A stretch of DNA of 63,910 bases, filler included, from Nanobdellati archaeon (GTDB lineage: Archaea > Nanobdellota > Nanobdellia > Woesearchaeales > JAADFO01), in assembly GCA_013152815.1 (NCBI GenBank). It is 4 parts of 4 records of this genome, joined end to end, with 100 filler letters (N's around TTAATTAATTAA, not from the genome) between each part and the next. Parts side by side here need not be neighbours in the genome. Positions count along the whole stretch, not along the records: positions 23,676 to 37,705 come from JAADFO010000068.1; positions 37,806 to 51,374 come from JAADFO010000069.1; 2 more parts are not named here. One strand, given 5' to 3'. The notes beneath the pieces are model-generated. The model saw only the letters and a program-made list of their open reading frames with translations, made no database searches and had not been told where the DNA came from. Both the position numbers and the translations under genes were made by a program. Shown one piece after another: positions 27,117 to 39,102 of the stretch (position 1 is the stretch's first letter; each line of letters opens with the position of its first letter).

Positions 27117-29747
27117 ATGAGTGGTAAACATCCTCTTTTCCTGCTGGTTTCCCTTCTCCTGGTGTCCCTTCTTGCAGGAGCCGTCTCTGCACAGACCCGG
27201 CCCATGCAGGTACAGGCCATCGCCTTTCCCGGCGAGAGCTGTCCGACCCAGCCTGCTGTCTACGGATTTGAGATAACCAATCTGGGAAGCGATGCAGAGA
27301 CCTATCATTTCGCCGTCTCTGCCTATGCAGACTACATCACCTATAGCGCCCCTGACCTCTTCCTGGCCCCTGGCCAGAAAGGACGCATCTTCCTGTTCTT
27401 CAGGACCCCTGCCGACGTCTACGGCGATTTCACTTTCGATTTTATCATCACTGCAGATACAGCGCAATTTCAGGCAACCATCCCTCTTGTGCAACGGGTG
27501 AACGCCTGCTATGACTACCGTGTCGAACTTGGGCAGCTGAAGAAGACCGACGGCACCTATGGCTTCACATCCGTATCAGGCAACGAGTTTCCTGCCTGTT
27601 CAGAGGCCCAGATGGTCCTTCCGGTCCTGGTCACCAACCAGGCGCCCATCGCCAATGAATTCACGTTCGAGCTGCAGGGCCCTGACTGGGGAAACCTGAA
27701 CGGCAACCTTCTCCGGCTCGAACCTGGCCAAAAAGGGATGCTGCTCATCACTCTCAGACCAGAAGAGGCGATCACCAAGGGAAGATACGGTTTCACGCTG
27801 TTCTCGACCTCTGCGAAAGGAAAGCTGCAGAAAGGGCTTCCTTTCTTCATCGATCTCGACCAATGCCATGACTTCTCCGTGGTGCTGGCAAAACACGAGG
27901 CAGAGATCTGCTGCAAAGACACCGATTTCCAGGGCATCGTCATCAACAACGGCAAGGACGACGAGAACTTCACCCTCAGCATCGCAGGAGACGACACTGC
28001 CTCGCTTGACAAGGACACCCTCTCCATCCCCGCCGGAAAGAACGCCTCCTTCACGCTTTCCATCCATCCTGCCTGTACAGATGGTTCAGTCCCGAAAGAG
28101 CAGCAGCTCAGTCCGACGGTCTATGCTGAGCTGGACAAAGGCAGCATCCAGATCAGACGGTCAGATTCTCTCAGTGTGACGGTCCATCCGGTCCAGACCT
28201 GCTATGATGTGGACGTCCGCAATGTGGATTCCTTCTTCAACTCCAGGGTCATCTCTCTGGACAAAGGAAAACAGAACACCACCCTTGCGGTGAAGAACAT
28301 CGGTACCGCAGACGCGACCTATGCTGTCAAGCTTGAGGGTCCGCTCTGGGCATGGACCGATCAGAGATCCATCACCATCCCCTCTGGAGGCGAGACGACC
28401 CTTTCCATCATCACCGACATCGGTGAAGAAGTGCCCGAAGGGTCCACTCCGCTCACCCTGACCCTGACTCCAAAGGGAGAAGATATCGCCTTCAAATTCG
28501 ATTTCGATGCAGAGACAGGCAAAGGCCAGGGGTTCTTCTCGGGCCTGTCCGCCTATCTCTTCTACGTGCTCATCGCCATCTTCCTGCTCATCGTCATCAT
28601 CTTCCTCCTCAACAGGTCCATGAAGAAGACCGAAAAGAAGGATTCTGTTGTCGAGGTGCCTCTCTACGTCTCGGATAAGGATCTGGAGAAGGCCAAGAAA
28701 GAAGAGGCACGACGGCTCAAAGAAGAGAAGAGACAGGCCGCCCGCGCTTCTCTTGCCGCAAAAGCCGTCAAAGAGATAAAGGAGACGAAAGCAAAGAGGG
28801 AGAAGAAGAAAAGCCCGTCTGAAAAAGCGAAAGAACCCACACGGTTCCCCTGGGCTACCGTCATCCTCCTCCTGCTCATCCTTCTCCTCGCGGGGCTTCT
28901 GTATTATTTCTACAACTCGATAGATTATGGAGATAATGTTACCGGGTTTGAACCGACCAAAGCCATCGGCATGCCCACCACAGGAGGTCTCGGCATCGGC
29001 ATGAAGATAGCAGGGCCCAACGAGAGCGTTGCTGTCCTGGCGAACCAGACTCCGCATCCAGCGTCAACGAGCAACATCACCAATGTCACCTCCCCTGAAG
29101 AGGCCCCTGTCGTGGTCCCTCCCAGTGAAACCAACAAAACCAACAAAACCAACAAAATCAACGAATCCGCAGAAGCCGGCGAAGGGATGACCCTTTCTCC
29201 TTCAAACGAGACCGTCGGCGAGACCAACATCACTGAGGGGCAGCTTCCCGTATGGAAGACGGCGACCTATGAAAAGGGCTTCACTTACCAGATTCTGGAC
29301 AAGAACACGCCTCTGGTCATCGACCTCTCTGAACATTTCAAGGATCCTGATAATGACACGCTTACCTATGGGTACACCGGTGGCGAGAACATGATCGTAG
29401 ACATCAACGGCAGCGTCGTGACCTTGACCCCTGTCTGGGATTTCCTCGGCAGGGACAGGATAGTGTTCACGGCGACCGACGGCAAGAGCGAGCCCATAGA
29501 GAGCCCTGAGGTCATCCTTGAAGTGCAGGAACCCTCGTCCCTCTTCGACACGCAGTTCTTCGGCTATCTCAATGCCTATGGCTGGTACATCCTTCTCGGT
29601 GTTGTCATCCTTGTCCTGGTCATCCTCATCCTTCGCATGACCGAAGAGGACGAACGGCCGAAGAAGAGACCCGGGAGACCAAGAAAGAGAGCGACGACAA
29701 AGAACACGGGCAGGAAGCGTCTGAAGAAGAAAGCATCGAAGAAGTGA
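27117..29747 (+). CDS. large Ig-like multi-domain membrane protein
   Basis: signal peptide, about four Ig-like repeats with Cys pairs, three TM helices, Lys-rich loops, NxT/S-rich stalk, cadherin-like DPDND domain. Confidence 0.75.
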   Translation: MSGKHPLFLLVSLLLVSLLAGAVSAQTRPMQVQAIAFPGESCPTQPAVYGFEITNLGSDAETYHFAVSAYADYITYSAPDLFLAPGQKGRIFLFFRTPADVYGDFTFDFIITADTAQFQATIPLVQRVNACYDYRVELGQLKKTDGTYGFTSVSGNEFPACSEAQMVLPVLVTNQAPIANEFTFELQGPDWGNLNGNLLRLEPGQKGMLLITLRPEEAITKGRYGFTLFSTSAKGKLQKGLPFFIDLDQCHDFSVVLAKHEAEICCKDTDFQGIVINNGKDDENFTLSIAGDDTASLDKDTLSIPAGKNASFTLSIHPACTDGSVPKEQQLSPTVYAELDKGSIQIRRSDSLSVTVHPVQTCYDVDVRNVDSFFNSRVISLDKGKQNTTLAVKNIGTADATYAVKLEGPLWAWTDQRSITIPSGGETTLSIITDIGEEVPEGSTPLTLTLTPKGEDIAFKFDFDAETGKGQGFFSGLSAYLFYVLIAIFLLIVIIFLLNRSMKKTEKKDSVVEVPLYVSDKDLEKAKKEEARRLKEEKRQAARASLAAKAVKEIKETKAKREKKKSPSEKAKEPTRFPWATVILLLLILLLAGLLYYFYNSIDYGDNVTGFEPTKAIGMPTTGGLGIGMKIAGPNESVAVLANQTPHPASTSNITNVTSPEEAPVVVPPSETNKTNKTNKINESAEAGEGMTLSPSNETVGETNITEGQLPVWKTATYEKGFTYQILDKNTPLVIDLSEHFKDPDNDTLTYGYTGGENMIVDINGSVVTLTPVWDFLGRDRIVFTATDGKSEPIESPEVILEVQEPSSLFDTQFFGYLNAYGWYILLGVVILVLVILILRMTEEDERPKKRPGRPRKRATTKNTGRKRLKKKASKK

Positions 29748-29892
29748 GCTTGTTTTTCCTTCCTTTTCTCTTGGATCTGGAATGATCTAAATTAAGAAAA
29801 TAGAGTAAGAAAAGAGTGGGGCTACTGGCCCGCAAAAAAACTCTTGTTTTTTTGGTAGCCCGTAGCACCCATCCGGACCTTAGGGTCCCTCA

Positions 29893-30014
29893 TGGGGCTA
29901 CAGGGATTTGAACCCTGATTTGCTGGTTTCTTCCTGCAAAGTCATCGCCACAGGTCGTGGCTCTTCGCTCCATGTCTGGAGCCAGCTGTACTAGCCAGCT
30001 TATACTATAGCCCC
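29893..30014 (-). tRNA. tRNA-Trp(CCA) with a 48-nt intron at 37/38 (29928-29975)
   Basis: acceptor GGGGCTA/TAGCCCC+A; anticodon stem GCTGG/CCAGC; loop CT-CCA-G|A; T-loop TTCAAAT; CCA end not encoded. Confidence 0.93.
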
Positions 30015-30262
30015 GTTTGTTGCCATAGAATGGACAGAAAGTGGTCTTATCCGCCTTATAAACGTTCCTATTCCTCCTGCTGGCAGAGGTTTCTTCCGTC
30101 CCTCTCAAACACACCTTTCCAGACATTTCCTTGTACTTATTCTGTGCCTTTACCTGGCTTATCCTTTATCTGGTCATCATCGGGAAGATATCTCTCTTGG
30201 GGAAGCAAAATCCTTTTAAATAAACTGCCATTATCCAGTGATAGCATAACGTCTGTCAGCTG

Positions 30263-31579
30263 TTGTCCTTTTCCATCATATGCGATCAGGTCATCGGCGG
30301 GAAGGCGAATGACCTTTTTGGGGGGAATGAAGTGCCATCAATCGTAGCTGAACCTATCTATGATGTCCTGGAGCAACCTACCAGCGTGACCCTGCAGGAC
30401 CATGAGATCAACGCTCCTCTGGCCAGGCCAGTATATCTGACCGAGACCGTGTCGACCCTGGCCGGCATGCTTCGTCTTGAGCATGAATGGGACGACCTCG
30501 CCAAAAGGTCCGGCGCCTATTCCATCTTTTCCACCTTCCACTGGAACCTTGTCTGGGCAAGACGCTTTCTCAAGGACAACGAGCTTTTCATCGTCGTCGT
30601 CAGGCATCAGGGACGGCTCATCGGTCTGGCCCCCCTCATGCTCGGGCATTCGAAAGTTTTAGGCATAACCCAGAAGACCCTCATGTTCATGGGAACGCCC
30701 CTCAACGACTACAGCGAATTCCTGCTCTCGGAAGATAAGGAGCTCGTGGTCCGGCTGCTCTGGGAACACATCCTCAAGGAAAGCTCCCGTTGGTCCATCG
30801 TGGTCCTGGAGGAGATGCCTCAGGATTCTGCGAGCCTTGTCCTCTCTGAACACTGCCTTGCAGACAAGGATGTCTATTCCAGCACAATCTACTGCAACGA
30901 TTGCTTCGCTCTCGATATGGATCGTATGGATAAGCAAGCACTGGACCAGTATATGCGGAAACGTGATGTCCTGAGGAACATCAGGAAACTCGACAGGGAA
31001 GACCCCCTGGTGTTCGAGCGGGTAAGGACGAAGGGGCAGGTGAGACAGACCATGGCGACCTTCATAGACCAGCATGTCAGCCTTTGGCAGAAGAAGGGGG
31101 TCGCTTCGAGCTTCATCGACAAGGACCACAGGACCTTTGTCAAGGAACTGGTGGAAGCGTTCTTCGATGAAGGGCATTTCGGTGTCTGGAGACTCAGGAA
31201 CACCAGGGAAGATTCCATCCTGGCCATCCTCCAGGGATTCATCTATGAAGGGACCTTGTTCGGCTATTTCAAGTCCTATAACCTGGATTATGCGAAGCGT
31301 GGGCCTGGCATGATAGCCACAAAGTATCTCCTTGAACAGGCACAGCAGGAAGGGTTTCGGCGCATAGACTTTTCCAGAGGCGCCGAACCATACAAGCTCA
31401 AGCTTGCCAACATCCAGAAGAAGAACCTGGGCATCCTGGTCACCAAGAACCACATCACCCATCTTTTCAACAGAGGCTATCATCGAACGAAAGAGAAAGT
31501 CATGGCAGACCCGAAACTCCATCAGAGGATGCATGATCTGAAGAACAGACCTCTCTTCAGGACCCTCTTTTCCTATTAG
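30263..31579 (+). CDS. CelD/BcsL-like GNAT acetyltransferase (Acetyltransf_6)
   Basis: EWDDL...F..F.W...W, LIGLAPL, DYSEFL, GPG, IDFSRGAEPYK; start uncertain (possibly GTG at 30332). Confidence 0.82.
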   Translation: MSFSIICDQVIGGKANDLFGGNEVPSIVAEPIYDVLEQPTSVTLQDHEINAPLARPVYLTETVSTLAGMLRLEHEWDDLAKRSGAYSIFSTFHWNLVWARRFLKDNELFIVVVRHQGRLIGLAPLMLGHSKVLGITQKTLMFMGTPLNDYSEFLLSEDKELVVRLLWEHILKESSRWSIVVLEEMPQDSASLVLSEHCLADKDVYSSTIYCNDCFALDMDRMDKQALDQYMRKRDVLRNIRKLDREDPLVFERVRTKGQVRQTMATFIDQHVSLWQKKGVASSFIDKDHRTFVKELVEAFFDEGHFGVWRLRNTREDSILAILQGFIYEGTLFGYFKSYNLDYAKRGPGMIATKYLLEQAQQEGFRRIDFSRGAEPYKLKLANIQKKNLGILVTKNHITHLFNRGYHRTKEKVMADPKLHQRMHDLKNRPLFRTLFSY

Positions 31580-31817
31580 ATGTTCTTTAATTCCTATTGT
31601 CCCTATTGATGTTCTTTCGGTCGCAAAGAGCGACGTCTCAGCGACGCCTTTTTCCAGATTTCAGAAGCACGGCGAAGAACGCACAGAAAGCAGCTATCAC
31701 CCCTCTTCCTGGCATGTTCTCCTAAGCGTCCAGAGTACGGCCTTCCTTATATGGATTATGGTGGTCCATGACCGAAAACCCGGTGCAAGGACGGCAAGAC
31801 TTCCCGGTGACGAACCT

Positions 31818-32168
31818 TCAGAACGTGATGTTGTCACCGATGGTAGTTGCGGTCCTGCTGATGATCCCGGCGGGCAGCTCGATGACATACTGCGCTTTTG
31901 GCGGTCCCCTGATATGCGTCAGGAACGGCCGCGCCCGTTCAAAAAGAGCGACGACATCTTTCCGGTCATCCAGCCAGAGGATGTCTATGGGAAAGAAGAC
32001 GGCGATCATGTGAAGGTCGATCCTTTTCATCCTGGAGAATACCATGACCAGCCCTTCATCGACGATGGGTTTGGCGAACATCAGGCCGAGGGCCTTCTGG
32101 AAGATGCCTGAAGCCACGGTCTTCCTGCTGGCCAGCAGTCTTCTCTTTGTCCTGTTTTCGATGCTCAT
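31818..32168 (-). CDS. DUF192 family protein
   Basis: GLMF, HM..VFFPIDILWLD, YVIELPAG...GD. Confidence 0.88.
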   Translation of the reverse strand: MSIENRTKRRLLASRKTVASGIFQKALGLMFAKPIVDEGLVMVFSRMKRIDLHMIAVFFPIDILWLDDRKDVVALFERARPFLTHIRGPPKAQYVIELPAGIISRTATTIGDNITF

Positions 32169-32292
32169 CTTCCGCCCTTTCTCCGTTTTTATTATGCAAT
32201 GGTGCCAAATCTTTATAAAGTATTTCGCCCACTTCCCTTATTTAAATAATATTGCCGCGGTTTCAGATGGGCAAAAGAGGGGTAGATAACCA

Positions 32293-35200
32293 ATGAAAAA
32301 AGAGGAGACCAGTAGTACTACTACGAGTATTTCTCGTCGGCTTCTGTCAATCGATCGGTTCTTTCTTTTGGTGCTCCTCTTCGTTGTCCTCTTCGCCCTT
32401 AGCGTCAGCTCTGCCATTGCCATCGACTGGACCAGCTTCAACGTCTTCGACGGGATGACCCCTCCCTATGCTGCCAACGGTCCTGGCTGCTGGAGCGCGA
32501 ATCAACCGCCCTCAGGAATGCCACAACCAGGCACGAACTGTCCCGACGGCAACAATCCTGTCTATGACACCGGCGCTGTCTGGGCAGACCTCTCGACAGA
32601 TTATGTGGCCTGGATGATCATGGCCCCCAACATGACCGACATCCAGCTCTGTGGCGGGACACAGAACGCGACCAATTCTGGCTGGGGTCTTGCCATCGAG
32701 TTCGACGTGGACCAGAACAAGAGTTCTGGCGCTGACAATTCCAAGGGCTATCCTGGCTATCCTGGCGCTGACTATCAGCTCTGGGTGTATGGTGATGGCT
32801 CAACCGACTTCAAGTTCTTCAACGCATCATATCCCGGATGCGAGATAAATTCTGGTGTGGGAAATCAGAGCGGCTACTGCTTCCAGAGCTACCCTGCTGC
32901 CCTGCAGGCAACAATCTATAACATCATCTTCAACGTCTCATGCGGGCCGAATCCTTCAAAGATCTTCATCGCCATCAACAGGACTGCGGTCGCTTCACGT
33001 CTGTTGGGTCTGGACTTTGAGACCAACACCTTCATCGCACCGGATTATAGAGGACCTGTTGATATGCTCCGAGGAAGCGACGGTGTCCTGAAGGCAGGAC
33101 CTGTCGACTTCATGTTCGATGATGAGCATCCCTGCTTCGGCTATGACCAGACCAATGAGACTGCCTGTACCACCAACAGCGAGAGTATCGCCGGCGCAGA
33201 CAGCTGTGTCTGGAACTCCTTCGAGCAGATCTGTGACCCTGATTTCTCTACCATGGGCTGCAGCGAGTTCTGCGGTTCCTGCAATTCCACCTCTTCCTGC
33301 GAGAGCGGTTCAAAAGGAAAATGCATGGTCGTCGATGCCCCGCCGAACCTGCCTCCTGAGGCTCAGGCCAATATCTGGACCGATGGTGGAAACAAGTTCT
33401 GCGTAGATGATTTCAGCAAGGTTGAGATGGGTGTAGGCGGCAAATGCGACGATGACTGCCACTTCTGCTACTCACAATCGACCTGTCAGGACTCTGATTA
33501 TCCCAATCCCATGGGTTCGGGCAACGGCTGCAAATGGGTCAACGATACTGCCTTAGGCAATTCCTTCTGCGAGCTGGTGACCTTTGATGAGACTTCACTC
33601 TCCTGCGGCGCCGCTTCCCTCGACCGTTGCTTCACCCAGGCATCCTGTACAGGTGCTGGAGGCAACTGGAGCTCTGCTCTCCACCTCTGTTATACCTACG
33701 ATAATACCACAGAATACATCTGCTTTGACGGTGTCGACAATGATGGCGATGGCCTCATCGATTGCCAGGATACTGCAGATTGTTCATCCAATCCGTTCTG
33801 CGGAGGCGATATCGATGTTCTCACCGGCGGATTCGGGACGCTCAATCCCTATGTGGCCATGAAACAGGATATGTTTTCCGACATGAAAGAAGGGCCGGTC
33901 ATCGAGCTGGCAGGAGAACCTCCTGAAGCAGGAGTTGATCCTGTCCTTGACGCGATCGGCTTCGGCATGAAAGACATGGGCAAGACACTCGGTATCGGCA
34001 TCATGCTGGAGAACATCAGCGATTCTTATCTCTGCGGAGGGGCCAACGCTTCGCAATACTTCTACTATATTGACACCGACGCGAACAAATCATCAGGATG
34101 CGACATCAATATATCCGGAACCGTCCTCACGGGATTTGAATATTCCTTCACCTACGAGATCAAGAACAACGGGACAGGAGGACCTCTGGAGATCAGAAAA
34201 GGATATCGGTGCGTGAACAATAATTTCTCTCTGTATCCTGCAAAGATGATGGCCCCGCCTCCTATGCCCGGGGACAACCGTCCTGTATCCTGCTCTTCAG
34301 ATGCTGCTATCATGGCCATCGACAAGACGAACATCGGCAGCCCTCAGGACAATATGCGCTTCGTCGTGGCGACGGCAGACAACAAGACCACGGTCGACAG
34401 GGCCAACGATTCCATCCTGGGACCTGATAATGATGGCATCTACTTTACCACGGGTTCTGTCGAGTTCGAGCCGAAGGACTGCTATGATAACCCGATGTCC
34501 TGTGGCACTGCCTTTTCTGTCGTCGGCGGCGGCAACTTCATGCCTTTTGAGGATTGCTTCCCTGGTTCGGGCGATGAGGACCTCGACGGGCTCTCCAACT
34601 GTGATGATCCAGACTGTCAGATGGCTCCCTGGTGTGCAGGAGTCTTCAACGTTTCTGCCGACAAGACCGCACCGACAGTCTTCAGCGCCAGAGCAGAGCC
34701 ATACAACGATTTTGTGTTCATGCACTGGACGACCAACGAGCCGACCAATGCCACGCTCCTCTTCCTGAACTCCTGCGCCAGCGGCAATCCGACCCACACC
34801 TTCTATGATCTTGGCGATCCTACCTTCAGCTTCGATGACTACAGGCCCTGGCACGATCTCGGCATCGGTAACAACGACTCCGATTCTTTGGGATCTCCCA
34901 TCACGCTCAGTCCGAACACGACCTATCTCTACAAGATCAAGAACTGCGACAAGGCAGGAAACTGCGGCACCAGCGCATGTCTCAATTTCACGACACTGGA
35001 TGCAGCACAACCGGTGCCTTTCCAGTTCAGCTTCTCCCCTTCGTCGAACTCGCTCGTCAACACGACGACCATCCAGCTCTGGAACGGCACCGCCTATGAG
35101 AACATCACCTTCAACAACGCGAGCAACAGGTCAAACCGGCTCACGGACGCGAAGATCAAGTTCGAGAATACCGACGCCAACTGGGAGATCGAATTTGAGG

Positions 35201-37705
35201 GCGTCGACTTTGCCAAGACGCTCGATTTCAACCTCTCGACAGCGTTCAACGTGACGAACCAGTCCGGCTCCACCTATGTCGGCATCGGCAACCAGGACTG
35301 GCTCGACATGGCCCAGAACATGGGGGTCAGCGCGATCCTCATCAAGCTCCCCGGAACCGGCACCGTCCTGACAAAATGCGACGAGAACAACCTCTCTAAC
35401 TGTCAGGACGTCACAGGCCAGGCGACGCTCAACGATTCCAACAGCACCGAAGGCTGGGTCAAATGGAAGATCCCCACTTCTCTTGGATTCTCGACCTATA
35501 CGGTCGGCGGATCCGGTGAAGTATATAACCTGACCTTCATCAACGACAGCCGGCTCAGCGTGACCACGACAGGAGGCGCTCTTGCAAATTACAATGTTAC
35601 CATCGTGAACAACGATAATACTCTCCGGGCCTATAACCTGACGGTCCATTTCCTGGGCACCAGCGGGACCGCAGCGTTGAACAGTACCGTAGCAAACCTC
35701 ACTGCTCTCGCCAACACGACGGTCTCCATCAACATCAGCGCATCCATCGGCGCCACCTACACCTGGGAGCTTATCGCGACCCTGCACAATTCCAGTGCCG
35801 TGGTCCTGAACTCCACCGATGATATCGGTGTCTTCACGTACATCACCACTGATTCAAATGCGCCGGACACCATCACCGGCCTGACCAATGCCAGCAGGAC
35901 GAACAGCTCACTGTACTGGACCTGGACCAACCCCGGCGACGCGGATTTCAACAATACGCTGGTCAACGTCACCAACAGCAGCGGCAACACAGTGCTCTAT
36001 ACCGCGCTCAACTCTTCGACCGCGGCGTACAATGCCACTAACCTCACTCAGTTCACCCCCTATACCCTCATCATCCTGACCAAGGACACGTCCGGCAACA
36101 TCAATTCCACTGCAGTAAGCACCACCCGGATGACGGAAAGAAGTCCCACAGCCCCCTCGGTCACCTGGGTCTATCCAGACGGCGGGGAGAACGTCTCTGG
36201 CAGCATCGACCTGAACGCGACCGTCACTGACCTGAACGGCAACACCACGGTCTCTGCGGTGTACTTCTACGTCTCAACAGATTCAGGGTCGACGTGGACC
36301 CTTGTGGGCGCGGATTCTACCACGACCGACGTCTACTATAATGTAAGCTATGATACTACGAACGGGAGCGATGCGACGACATACCGGTTCCGAGCAAATG
36401 CCACAGACGCCAGCGGTCTTACCAGCACCACTGATACGAGCGCAGCCGACCTGACGGTCGACAATACTGCACCTTCCGCCGCCTCTGCAGCGGTCACGGT
36501 GGAGAGCGGAGCGGTCTACACGACGAACTCCACGCTGGAGTTCAACTGGTCAGGCTTCACCGACGCCACCTCGGGCATCAGATACTATTATTACAACACC
36601 ACCGACTATGCAGGAAGCACCAACGGAACAGCTGTTGCCAGTACCGCCTCGACAGGTTCCATCACCGTCTCTTCTGACGGGACCTATACGGTCTATGTCT
36701 GGGCAGCAGATCATGCCGGGAACAGCGGTTCTGCTGTCAATGATTCCATCATCCTCGATACCTCTGCACCGACCATCACCTATGTGTCACCCAAGAACGG
36801 CTGGTCGGTCAGCGACACCACGCCGAACATCCAGTTCACCCTGCTCGAGGCAGGCATCGGCCTCAACACCTCCAGCGTCCAGGTGACGGTGAACAGCACG
36901 GTCTACAACTGGACCGACCTGACCTGCAGCCTCGCATCAAGCACCTATACCTGCAACGTCACGACAGGGACCCTGGACACGGCAGACATCTTCGTCAACA
37001 TCACGGCGAGCGACAACCTCTCACAGAAGGCAGCCAGCAGCATCGTCTTCAGCATCAACACCAACGCCCCCTACTATGACCTCTCGAGCACCGCAGCGAC
37101 CAGCGCGACCCTCACCGGCAGCATCGCAGGACCCTACACCTTCAACGCGACCAGGCCCGCCACCGCAGCGAACATCACCTCTGCCAATTCCGGCTATTTC
37201 GCCATCAACGACACCGATGTCAACGCGACCGTATCTGGTTCAGCCGTCAACCTCACCGGCCCTGAAAGCAATGCCACCGTGACCTATGGCGCGGTCTCTC
37301 TCGGAGGTCCTGCTGCCAATGCGACAAAGACCTATGGTGCGTTGAGCTTCAATGCCACCGGCATCAACGCTTCCCTGACAGGAAATGCCCTGTCGCAGCT
37401 TACCGGTCCTGGCCAGAACGCGACCAATACGACGATGAACGCCCTTGCCTTTGTGAGCGATGGCATCAATGCGTCATTGACCGGCGGTTCGGTCAGCCTT
37501 TCAGGTCCTGCTGCCAATGCCACCGCTACCTATGGTGCGTTGAGCTTCAACAGCACAGCCCAGAACGCCACCTGGCCCGGTAGTGCTGTGAGCCTCTCTG
37601 GCTCTGCAGCCAATGCGACCAACAGCAGCTATGGTGCGGTCGGTTTCGTCAGTACCGCCACCAATGCAACGGTCACAGGAAGTGCACTGAACCTCTCTGG
37701 TCCGG
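32293..37705 (+). CDS. giant Cys-rich secreted surface glycoprotein (3' truncated at the gap)
   Basis: >1800 aa; signal peptide; Cys-rich blocks; DNDGDGLIDCQD and DEDLDGLSNCDD Ca-binding-like motifs; FN3/Ig-like domains; dense NxT/S sequons; C-terminal tandem repeats. Confidence 0.85.
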
Positions 37706-37805
37706 NNNNNNNNNNNNNNNNNNNNNNNNNNNNNNNNNNNNNNNNNNNNTTAATTAATTAANNNNNNNNNNNNNNNNNNNNNNNNNNNNNNNNNNNNNNN
37801 NNNNN
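37706..37805. other. artificial contig linker
   Basis: N44-TTAATTAATTAA-N44. Confidence 0.98.
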
Positions 37806-38987
37806 GTTGCGGCCGACGAGAACGACCTCGAGCCTGGTGACGTCAAGGACATTCCGGTCAGGGGTGAGCTTGACCCAGTTGTCGCCTTCCTCTGCCTGGC
37901 CGGTGATGCTCTTGGACCATTCCTTGTCCGTGGTCGAGAAGCTGAGGGTCATGCCGTTGAAGTAGACGATGCCCTGTTTCCTGCCAGGCTCATCGAGGAA
38001 ATGGAGCCTGAGCTCCAGATCGAGCCGACCATCGACAAGGTCCTGCCAATAGGTGTCGTTGAGGCTGAAGCTGTAGAGCGGATAGTTCTGTTCCTTGAGC
38101 TGGGTCTTCACCATGATGCCGTCGATGAGATAGCTTCCTTTGGCAGTCTTGAAGATGACCTTGTTCTCACCGCGGTTCAGGAGGGCGGGAGAGAACTCCT
38201 TAGTGTTGGGGATGCCGCAATCAGGGATGCCGTCGAAGAGCTCGTGGCCGTTGAGGGTTATCTGCAGCTGGCCCACCGAGAGCCGGTTGCAGGCAGGGGT
38301 GAACTTGAGCAGGGCTGAATCGAGGTTGAAATATTCCATGTCGCGGACGACGAAGACGTTCCTGGACTCCTGGCGCGATGTGTCGGTTATCTGGGCGACG
38401 ACCTTCATGTTCTCGATGGTGTAGGTGTTGGTGGACCAGAAGCGCCAGCCGACCGAAGAGACCTCGAATTCCAGGAGATTGTCTTCCTTGATGAGGTCGG
38501 GCGGCAGGAGGAAGGGGTCTGGGTTGAAGGAGGATATCTTGCCGTCATATATCTGTTCGCCGTTGAGCTTGATGATGAGATCCCCCTGGGATTCGCGCAC
38601 GATGAAAGAGAGCAGGATGTTGTTGGTGTGCTCCAGGTCTCCGATGGAGAATCGTGTGGCATAGAATTTCTTGTCGAATACCCCGCTCCGGACAGTGAAG
38701 GAATTCCAGGTCTTCAGGATAGCTGATTGGGATGTCTTGAGAAGATAGATGGGAGAGATGTCGTGTTCATATTCTTTGAAAGAGAGGAAATCGAGCCGGC
38801 CCGGCGACTCCGAGAGCAAGACAGCTTCTTTGTTCGCAAGATATGTAGAACCGCCTGAACCGCGATCATCCAGCAGGTCCTGGCGTATGTCAGGAGGAAG
38901 GAACAGCACATAGAGGACGATGAGCAGGGCGATGATGGCCACAAGTGCAGCAGCACCCCCTCCATCCTGGCCTTTTTTATTCTGCAT
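37806..38987 (-). CDS. exported protein with class III (pilin-like) signal peptide (3' end at the gap)
   Basis: MQNKKG|QDGGGAAALVAIIALLIVLYVLF; three beta-rich repeats (I.LNG...GEN). Confidence 0.7.
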
Positions 38988-39102
38988 AGCACAATCATAG
39001 CCGTTCTGCTATTTAAATGTTGCCGTAGCAAAAGAGGGATTGATGGAGAGACATGCAACAGCCCCGACAAGTATAAATAGGTACGGTTCCTTTAAAGCAA
39101 GC

